DNA from: Histomonas meleagridis 2922-C6/04-290x
Lineage: Eukaryota; Protista; Parabasalia
Assembly (NCBI GenBank): GCA_020184695.1
Contig: JAANOX010000032.1
Coordinates: forward strand, 248,001-312,000
Reading direction: 5' to 3'
DNA: 64,000 nucleotides
This document shows positions 21,583 through 29,609 of this stretch, piece by piece. The stretch's first letter is position 1. Every line of letters starts with the position of its first letter. The translations under genes were made by a program, and so were the position numbers. The notes under the pieces are model-generated. The model was not told where the DNA came from. It made no database searches and was given only the letters and a program-made list of their open reading frames with translations.

Positions 21583-21727
21583 ATCTTTAGCATTAACATC
21601 AATTCCTTTTTTTGTTGAAGAAGTATTTTAACAATTTCATCATTATCACATATAGATGCAACTATAAGTGGAGTATTGAATAATATAAATATATTCCAAA
21701 TATGAAAAAGAAAATAAATTCACCTAC

Positions 21728-23378
21728 TTGGAATTACTTATTGAACTCCAAAAAATCATCATGGGCTTATCTGATGAAAACCTTGATTTTTCAGTTCAAC
21801 AAATATTGCAAAAATTTGAATCGAATTATCCATATACATTTAATCATGTCATTTGTGAATTGATTTATTTTGTATTTTGTTCAAGAAAGAAAGAATTTGA
21901 TATATACTTAAAATTTTTACAATTAATTCAAATTAAAGAAGATGAAATAAATGAAAATATACCTAAAATCATTACAATTTTTTCAAATTATATATCGAAA
22001 ATGGAAAAGCAAGAAGCATATTATATATATAATATATTGATTCAACAAAATTTAGCTAAAGCAAATATTTTAACAATTAAACGAACTAATTATTTCATTC
22101 ATTACCATAAAAATAGAAAACCCAAAAAATTTCAACGAACAGAAGAAAATTTCTTGGAAAACATAGAAGAACTATCAAAGAATGATTTTGAACTTCATAA
22201 GCAATTGATTAAAGAAGGACATAATCCAAATGAAATAGCAAAAATCATTCGTAATGATGAAATAGAAAAACTTCAAGAAATATCTTCACAACCAAAATTT
22301 GATTTTAATCAAATAATAGAACCATCAATTTATGAAAGATGTGATTTTATTAATAAAGAAAATGTTACATTAATCGATTATGCAGCATATTTTGGATCAG
22401 TTCAATGTTTTAAATATTTACTTATGAATGATGCAAATGTAATTAATACAGGTAAATATGCAGTTGCAGGTGGAAATCTAGAAATATTTCATTTATGTGA
22501 ACAAAATCATTCATCATTAAAAGATGTAGATAAAACTGCAATTAAATTTCATCAAAATGATTTATTTAAATATCTTTATTGATAAATCAATCCAAGCTGA
22601 TAAAACAATGCTTAATTATTTCCAAAAAATCTGTATTACTAGTGGTAATTACGAACTTTTATTATTTTTGGAAGGAGAAGGAATACAATATGATGATAAA
22701 AATATTTTAAAAAAAATAAAAATAGGAAATTTATTCCTTGTAAAATATCTTCATATAAATAATCAAAATACAAATTTTTTAATATACTCTTCAAAATCAG
22801 GTAATGTTGAAATTGTAAAATACTTTCTTGAACAAGAAGGAATTGATATTATTGATAAAAATATTTATTTGTTTTATTTAAAATTTATTTTAATAATTTG
22901 ATATTTCAAAATAATATTTGGAAATTATTTATATTATTTAACACATCTCTTATTGATGCATCTTCAAATGGTCATACAGAAATAGTTAAATTACTTCTTG
23001 AACAAGAGAATATTGATATCGATGCTAAAAATATTTTTTTGTTTTAATTAAAATTTATTTTAATAATTTTATATTTCAAAATAATATTTGGAAATTATTT
23101 AAAATGTTTAATACAGCACTTATAATATCATTGGAAAAAGGTAATACTGAAATCGTTAAATTACTTCTTGAACAAGAAGGAATTGATTTTAATGCTATTG
23201 ATATTTATTTGTTTTATTTTATTTTACTTTTAATAATTTAATATTTCAAGATGATATTTGGAAGTTATTTAAATTATTTAAAACAGCACTTATGTTTGCA
23301 TCTGAAAATGGTAAAATAGATATTATCCTGATAAAAAAAGTGACCAACTTATATTCAAATTTCTTGTATCGTAATTGA
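21728..23378 (+). CDS. DUF3447-type ankyrin-repeat gene; C-terminal repeats interrupted by three 80-nt spacers; 5' end uncertain
   Basis: ORF 21728-22582 has the trichomonad DUF3447-like region (GHNPNEIAKIIRNDEIEKLQ, IEPSIYERCDFI, LIDYAAYFGSVQCFKYL, KYAVAGGNLEIFHLCE). An extra T at 22575-77 shifts it into ORF 22557-22901. Repeats continue at 22943-23032, 23113-23202 and 23283-23378. A possible ATG at 21702 is out of frame by one A. Confidence 0.75.
22863..22942 (+). other. 80-nt intervening spacer P1
   Basis: Between AAA AAT (KN) and ACA TCT CTT (TSL); contains in-frame TGA at 22899; GT at +9; GG at -23/-22; no AG. Confidence 0.85.
23033..23112 (+). other. 80-nt intervening spacer P2
   Basis: Between AAA AAT and ACA GCA CTT; in-frame TAA at 23045; GT at +9; GG at -23/-22; no AG. 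Confidence 0.85.
23203..23282 (+). other. 80-nt intervening spacer P3
   Basis: Between ATT GAT and ACA GCA CTT; in-frame TAA; GT at +9; GG at -23/-22. Confidence 0.85.
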
Positions 23379-23854
23379 CGATAGCATTCAAATAAAAATC
23401 AATAAAACTGAAATATCTCATGAATAATCATGAATATACAAACTATTTTAGTTATAAATAATTTACCAATAATATCTAGAATATAATTATGCATAATATT
23501 AAAATTTAGTGAGAATGATAATTGATATATTTTTTTCGAAACTTAGTTTAAACTTTTAATACCAAAATATTTGAAATTAATAGTCGAACAAAATTCAGTC
23601 ACGCATTTTATCTACACACTAACTCTGATTTAATCAGGTAACATGGAAATAATAAGTAATAACTAAACTTGCCTTCAAAACATGTAACGTCGGTACTATT
23701 GAAATTGAATTCATTTTGCGTTTTTTGCTCAGAAATGCTGAGCATTCAAATATTACTTTGATCGTAAAATGTATAAAAAAATAATAAAACAGCTGATTTC
23801 TTACAAATCTTGAAAAACAATTTTACATATATATTATAATATAAAAATCCGAAA

Positions 23855-23934
23855 GTTCATCTGGCCGAGTGGTCCAAGGCGCTAGTTTAAGGCACTAGTC
23901 CGAGAGGGCGTGGGTTCGAACCCCACGGTGAACA
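23855..23934 (+). tRNA. tRNA-Leu(AAG)
   Basis: Acceptor GTTCATC/GGTGAAC; anticodon stem CTAGT/ACTAG with loop TTAAGGC; long variable arm; T arm GTGGG-TTCGAAC-CCCAC; oligo-T terminator follows. Confidence 0.95.
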
Positions 23935-24569
23935 TTTTTTATTGTTTCGAAAATAACTTGATTGAGAAACATTTTTCTTTTTTGATACAATGTATCAAAT
24001 TTCAATTAATTGAAGGGTGAAAACATAAGACATTTCAAGAAAATTTTTTTTTCTTTGGTGTGTCTCCATTAATGAATCAAACCTTGTGATGAACTTAAAT
24101 TGAAGTCAATCAATAATAAAAGGAAAAATGACTCAAATATTTATTTTTATTGGATTCAACTTGGATTTATTAGGAATTGATAATTTAGGGTTGGAAATAT
24201 TTTTATCTGAAGAAAGAATGGAAAAGTTAGAAGATGACTATTTTTCTGGAGAAATAATGAAATATGTTCGCTAGCTTGTTCGAGCCCTCTTTCACCTTAA
24301 TTTCATTTTTATACTAGACTCCAATTTAAAAAGTCTCATAATAAATATGGTGTCGTTCAATGATTTTGATATAACACGTGTTACACACTATGTTTTCCAA
24401 CATTTCATGGATGCATCACAGTTACACCAAACCCAACAACGACATCATGCACTTGCAATACTTAGTTCACACATGGGTAAAAGATGTTGCTGACATATGG
24501 CGTCTATTGCATGAATGCCTTAAAAATATGAACTTAAAGTGAAAAATAAATGCAAAAGATGCAAATTGT

Positions 24570-25702
24570 TTAGAAGCACTTGCGGTGGACAATTCCTGGA
24601 CCAGCTTCGTTGTATTCGTCACGTGTGATAACCATTTGTGGGAATGTGGCAAGGGAGGCAAGGATGGAGCCACCGATCCAAACTGCGTACTTACGTTCTG
24701 GTGGGGCGACGACTTTGATCTTCATTGTTGGCGGTGCGAGGCGGACCATTTCCTTCTCCATACGTTCTGGGAGACCTTCGAACATTGTGGTACCACCAGA
24801 AAGAACAATGTTAGCGTAGAGATCCTTACGGACATCGATATCGCATGCCATGATGGAGTTGAAGAGGGTTTGGTCAATACCTTTCGAATTCGAAGCCATT
24901 GAAGTGTGGCTTGAAAAGAAGTTCTGGGCACCTGAAGCGCTCGTTGGCGATGGTGATGACGTTGCCATCTGGAAGTGTGTATGAGATGTCGCATTCGGAT
25001 GTTGTGGCGGCCTTGTTCATTTCTTCGTCGAAATCAAGAGCAACATATGCGTGCTTCTCCTTGATATCACGAACAATTTCCTTTTCGGCGGATGTTGTGA
25101 ATGTGTAACCACGTTCGTTAAGGATCTTTTGGAGGTAGGCTGTGAGATCACGACCGGCGAGGTTGATACGCATGATGGCGTGTGGAAGGGAGTAACCTTC
25201 GTAGATTGGAACTGTGTGGGAAACACCATCACCTGCATCGAAAACGATACCGGTTGTACGACCTGAGGAGTAAAGGGAAAGAACGGCTTGGATACCAACA
25301 TAGAATGCTGGAACGTTGAATGTTTCGAATTGGAGTTGGATCATCTTTTCACGGTTGGCCTTTGGGTTCATTGGGGCTTCTGTAAGAAGAACTGGGTGTT
25401 CAGCTGGGTCAACACGTAATTCGTTGTAGAATGTGTGGTGCCAGATCTTTTCCATATCGTCCCAGTTGGTAACGATACCGTGTTCAATTGGGTACTTGAG
25501 GATGAGGATACCTGCCTTAGCGCATGCTTCATCACCAACATATGTATCCTTGTTTTTGACCACCAGCGATTGTTTGGACATACTTTGGACGACCAACAAT
25601 TGATGGGAAAACTGAGCGTGGTGCTTCATCACCAGCGAAACCGGCCTTGCACATACCGGAACCATTATCGATAACTAATGTTTGAACTTCGTCTTCAGCC
25701 AT
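24570..25702 (-). CDS. ACT: Actin (376 aa after removing two extra A's in homopolymers)
   Basis: [22 protein letters not shown]...[30 protein letters not shown]...[25 protein letters not shown]...IVHRKCF. Frameshifts at 25553-57 and 24882-84. Confidence 0.95.
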
Positions 25703-25708
25703 TAACGA

Positions 25709-25726
25709 AAGTGAAGTTAAAAGTGA
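25709..25726 (-). promoter_or_regulatory. Tandem trichomonad initiator (Inr, TCACTT) elements of actin
   Basis: Two TCACTT copies ending 7 and 19 nt upstream of the ATG; match the TCAY(T/A) Inr consensus. Confidence 0.6.
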
Positions 25727-25889
25727 CAATTCAATTTGCGGACTGTCAGCCGTGGTTAGCGTTTATATCCATTCAATTTTGAGCTGACATAAACTTGTCA
25801 TTTCACTGAAAAGCCTTTTTCGTTTGACACCCTCAAGAAAACACATCACAAACCGTTGCGGAGGACGTTTATCAAGATACAACCTTTAT

Positions 25890-26771
25890 TTAATCATATT
25901 TCTTTGCGTCTTTAACAGGTTCCTTATGAACTTGAGGAATAACATCGTCGCTTTGGCCGAAGAAAATGTATGCTGATATTATAAAAATGGAAAGTATTAT
26001 TGAACCAATAATAATCCATATAAAAGGCTTAACTCCTCGAATAGAATCTATGTAAAGAGGGAGGTCTCTTGCAGTGTTTGTTCCTCTTTTTGTGAAAAGT
26101 GATGGTGAATCAGTCCAATCTGAATAAGAAGCAGATGACATAATGTCAATGCTTAAATCAACTTCTCCAGGAGTTGCTTTCAATGAAATAAAATGTGACC
26201 TATTAAGACCACCATTATATGAGCTTCCAACTTTAAAATTATAAAAGTGATTACTCATTAAATGTTTTTTGTCGCCTAAATAAACCTCAGATCCAGGGCC
26301 TCCTTTCTTAAAATCGAATTGGAATGAAACTGGAGTGTTAAAGTTCAAGAACCAGCATATTTTTGTTGGGCGACCGAACTTTTGTTGTACGTTAATTTTT
26401 GCTTCCAATTGACTTGATGAATAAATAGAGTATTCGGGATCGCAAAATCCTTGTGGGATTTGATAAACATAAACACGAGCGCCTCCTCTTCCGCTATATG
26501 TTAACTTTAATTTACAATCTGAAACATAAAATCTATCTCCTAATTTATGTGTTAATGTATGTGAAATCCCTTTTTTATCTATTGTTGTGGAATTTAAGGA
26601 CCCTACAATAAAATGTGGCTGAACTGCTATAAAAAGATCTTTATTAAAAGCATCAAGTAGTAATGAATCAGAATCAAGAAATGTATACATTTCAATGTAT
26701 GGCTCGTTATGTGATTCTTGAAATGGTAATGGATCTAGTCTGAATGCAAGTAAAAACAGTGAAAGTAACAT
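25890..26771 (-). CDS. Hypothetical type I membrane protein, 293 aa
   Basis: Signal-like MLLSLFLLAF; C-terminal TM FIWIIIGSIILSIFIISAYIFF; short tail. Confidence 0.75.
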   Translation of the reverse strand: MLLSLFLLAFRLDPLPFQESHNEPYIEMYTFLDSDSLLLDAFNKDLFIAVQPHFIVGSLNSTTIDKKGISHTLTHKLGDRFYVSDCKLKLTYSGRGGARVYVYQIPQGFCDPEYSIYSSSQLEAKINVQQKFGRPTKICWFLNFNTPVSFQFDFKKGGPGSEVYLGDKKHLMSNHFYNFKVGSSYNGGLNRSHFISLKATPGEVDLSIDIMSSASYSDWTDSPSLFTKRGTNTARDLPLYIDSIRGVKPFIWIIIGSIILSIFIISAYIFFGQSDDVIPQVHKEPVKDAKKYD

Positions 26772-28008
26772 TTTTATTCTTGTAAAAAAGTGTAACCATT
26801 TGAACGTTTAAACGCTTTATACTTTTTGTTCATAGACAACATTCAGCGAACCGAATTTCAAGAAAATCATGAAAATAATAATCAATATGTTTTTGATAGC
26901 ACAATGGCAACGAGAAAAAAATTATAAATTGTTAAAAAATCTTAATTGAGTAAATGAATTCTATGAAATTTGAGTGTTATTATAAAAATATATTGTCTAA
27001 ATAATATTCATTCGAAGCTCATGAGTTATAATCATTTTTTCTAAAAAGATTTTAATATTGACGTTTCATTATCGATAATTGTATGTATATAATACTGGTA
27101 AAATGTGTGTTCGTATGTAAATTCTTATTAATTAGAAAATATTTAAAATGTGTTGCCTAGATATAAAGTATTTTTATTTATAGTACAAATTAGAAGTGAG
27201 AAGATTCTTTTAGAATCTGATGTTCTATTAGAAATGTACTTAAATATTTTTTTACATAAATGCTAGATTGAAAATAACGAAAGTGATTGAAAGGATATAA
27301 ATGTGAACAAATCATCCCAAGCATATTCATTGGGGGGTGTAGCACGATTAGATATAAGTTGAATATAAAATAGAAATATCCCGAAAATGACTCTGCATGA
27401 ATATTTAGCTTTTTGAAAAGCAATGATTTGACTCTTTAATTCCTCTCAACCATTTTTTTCATGCAAAATAAAAATATCCATGCTTATGTGTATATTTTAA
27501 ATATTATATTTTTATTATGTGTCAATTTCCTTTTCAATCCAACCTCTGTAAAAATCGGCACTTACTAATTTTTTATTTATAAATTTTCATGCTAAGTTGA
27601 TTTTTCAATTAAGGAGGAGACTCCGGGTTCGAAAAAGTCATATTAATATAATAACGAGAAGCGCTTCTCGCTGTTTGCTTTGCTCCGCAACCAATAAGTA
27701 TTTTAAAGTCTTTAAAATAAACTCAAAGAGATATAGGTATAAAAATGTAAAAAAGATAAGAGTATAATAGAAAAAAATTGGAATTGAAAAAATTAGTTAA
27801 TTTGTTAATATTAAAAAAAACTACTGATATACTTTGATCCATATATAGATTCCTGCCAATGTATGGGAAATAATAAAATGTAAACTTAGAATTTCCAAAA
27901 ACAAAATCTCCAAAACATTCTGTTCGCGCTGTTCGTCATCAGATACATTCCAAATGTGCATCGATAACATAAATTCCAAATCGACAACAAACGCACGCAA
28001 ATTTCAGT

Positions 28009-29319
28009 TCAGATCAAACTTTTTACTGTGTCGTATAGCTGCTTTGCTGCCTCGTTTCCCTGGTCTGCAGCCATCTTCAAGTACTTCGCTGCTGCCTCCA
28101 TATCAGCGACGACTCCTTCGCCCATCAGCAGCATCCTTCCGTACTTCAGCTGCGCGTCGACGTCCCCTTCCTCCGCCTGCGACTTCAGGAATATCGGGTT
28201 CTCCTGCAGGTCCTTTGTGATCTTCTCTTCGCCCTCGATCGCGTAGTTGCTCTTCACGCCCGGGACGACTATGTCCGGCATTGTCAAGTCGTTCTCGTTC
28301 TCGTTGCCTGGAACAACGACGTTCGACATCGTTAAATCGTTTTCATTTTCTTCTTCATCAGTGTTGTCATAGTCATTGTTCGGTTGCAGAGGGCCAACGC
28401 CCGGAACAACAATCTCAGGCATCGTGAGATCGTCTGCAGTTCCTGGAATGATTATGTCGGACATCATCAGTTTGCTTTCGTCGCTTCCTGGGATGATTAT
28501 GTTGGACATCGTGAGGTCATGTTCATCGTCCGGTGGCAGCGTCGATAATATTTGCTTGGCTTCTGCGTTTCCGCGTGTGGCAGCTGATGCAATAAATGGT
28601 CGAGCGCTGGATTTCTTGCCAGAATTTAATAAGAGTTTACCATACTCGAGTTGGGCTCGGAGATAGTTTTGTTCGGCAGAACCTTTAAGCATTTGCTCTG
28701 CAGTGGAAGGATCATAATTTTTGATTAAGGATCCGTATAAATACATGGCTTTCGGATGACCTTCGTTGGCTGCGTTTTGTAAATATGGTAATGGATCTGC
28801 CCCAAGTTCACTATGTTTAAGTAGAAGTTTTCCGATTTCATACTGGGCTTCAACATTGGACTCGGCTGCTGCATTGAGATAACCTGCTGATTGATCAATA
28901 TCTTGGGAAATACCTTCACCACGACCAAGCATTAAACCTATTTGATATTGAGAATCAGGATAACTTTGATTTGCAGATGCACCAAAATAAGCAACAGCAT
29001 CTTCAAGATTACGAGGAGGTACCATGTTGTAGTAAATCATACGCCCATAATGATATTGTGCTTTTGCATTTCCTTGATCTGCAGCATATTTCATGTATTT
29101 AGTAGCTTCTTTAATATTGGGTGCACAACCACGACCATTTTTAAGCATAAATGCAAGATGCATTTGGGCTTTATCAAATCCTTTTGAAGCTGCTTGCATA
29201 TAATATTTAAGAGCTTCTTTGAAATTGCATTCTTTTTCAGCTGCTTTAGCAAAGTCATATTCTGCTTTGGGCTCACCAGTAGCAGCCAATGCACGTAAAT
29301 AATCCAAGGTTTTCGTCAT
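28009..29319 (-). CDS. Sel1-like repeat (SLR) protein with an internal acidic repeat linker
   Basis: Repeats such as EALKYYMQAASKGFDKAQMHLAFMLKNGRG, YMKYAADQGNAKAQYHYG, AAKYLKMAADQGNEAA. ATG 29319 preferred because the upstream in-frame stretch contains an M3-like AACCGTTA promoter motif. Confidence 0.88.
   Translation of the reverse strand: MTKTLDYLRALAATGEPKAEYDFAKAAEKECNFKEALKYYMQAASKGFDKAQMHLAFMLKNGRGCAPNIKEATKYMKYAADQGNAKAQYHYGRMIYYNMVPPRNLEDAVAYFGASANQSYPDSQYQIGLMLGRGEGISQDIDQSAGYLNAAAESNVEAQYEIGKLLLKHSELGADPLPYLQNAANEGHPKAMYLYGSLIKNYDPSTAEQMLKGSAEQNYLRAQLEYGKLLLNSGKKSSARPFIASAATRGNAEAKQILSTLPPDDEHDLTMSNIIIPGSDESKLMMSDIIIPGTADDLTMPEIVVPGVGPLQPNNDYDNTDEEENENDLTMSNVVVPGNENENDLTMPDIVVPGVKSNYAIEGEEKITKDLQENPIFLKSQAEEGDVDAQLKYGRMLLMGEGVVADMEAAAKYLKMAADQGNEAAKQLYDTVKSLI
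28258..28518 (-). repeat. Five copies of an 11-aa motif [DK]L[TM]M[SP][NDE][IV][IV][IV]PG
   Basis: DLTMSNIIIPG, KLMMSDIIIPG, DLTMPEIVVPG, DLTMSNVVVPG, DLTMPDIVVPG in the translation. Confidence 0.9.
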
Positions 29320-29609
29320 GAAAAATTTGCTTTTACGACGATAGAGATATCGGTGATAACGGTTACACATACAAAAAGTTCATAATACAAAATTAAAATG
29401 TGCAAATTCTCCATCAGTTCCTTATCAAATAAAGTATTAGTAACATCTATAACAACTATTTTCTAATACAAACATAATATCATTAATAAAAATAAAAAAA
29501 GATCAATTATTTACTTAAAATATTCCAAATTTCACCCAAATTGACAATGTTTGTTTAATTGTTCCAACGGTTAAAGAATGAAAAAAGTTTTTCAAAATCC
29601 AAAAATTGT

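Larger units (their letters stand above)
20939..21674 (-). pseudogene. 5'-truncated ankyrin-repeat array: five repeat-coding blocks separated by 72-80 nt AT-rich spacers
   Basis: Blocks: 21674-21583 TPLIVASICDNDEIVKILLQQ(K)GIDVNAKD (A-run indel); 21510-21421 TALLHASFKDNVGVVISLFKFEGINVNAKN; 21340-21251 IALHLAAEEDNSVIVELLVKHKKIDVNAKN; 21174-21085 TPHIIANISDNDDLVVLLLTNKNININTKN; 21004-20939 TPLLIAKANENDIVDLLKGYK*. No N-terminal part found. Confidence 0.75.

Noticed and set aside
22863-23282. Simple matched-codon ribosome hop (T4 gene 60 style)
   Set aside because: No take-off/landing codon pair giving a 33-34 aa repeat is shared by all three spacers (ATT/ATA fits P1 only). Bypass is not excluded but is unsupported.
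22863-23290. Canonical GT-AG introns using ACAG in the following ACA GCA codons
   Set aside because: GT(+9) joined to that AG breaks the frame and deletes the conserved Thr. P1 has ACAT there, and no ACTAAC branch motif is present.
20939-23378. CRISPR-like array (regular repeat/spacer periodicity)
   Set aside because: The periodic units are ankyrin codons plus homologous AT-rich spacers. There are no identical short repeats with unique spacers and no cas genes, and the context is eukaryotic.
24226-24560. Possible protein-kinase pseudogene fragment (MEKL...LVRALFHL...NDFDITR)
   Set aside because: Too degenerate, with stops and no intact HRD/DFG; cannot be supported without a search.
27190-27423. 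77-aa minus-strand ORF
   Set aside because: Non-ATG start, short, in AT-rich intergenic DNA, with no recognisable motif.
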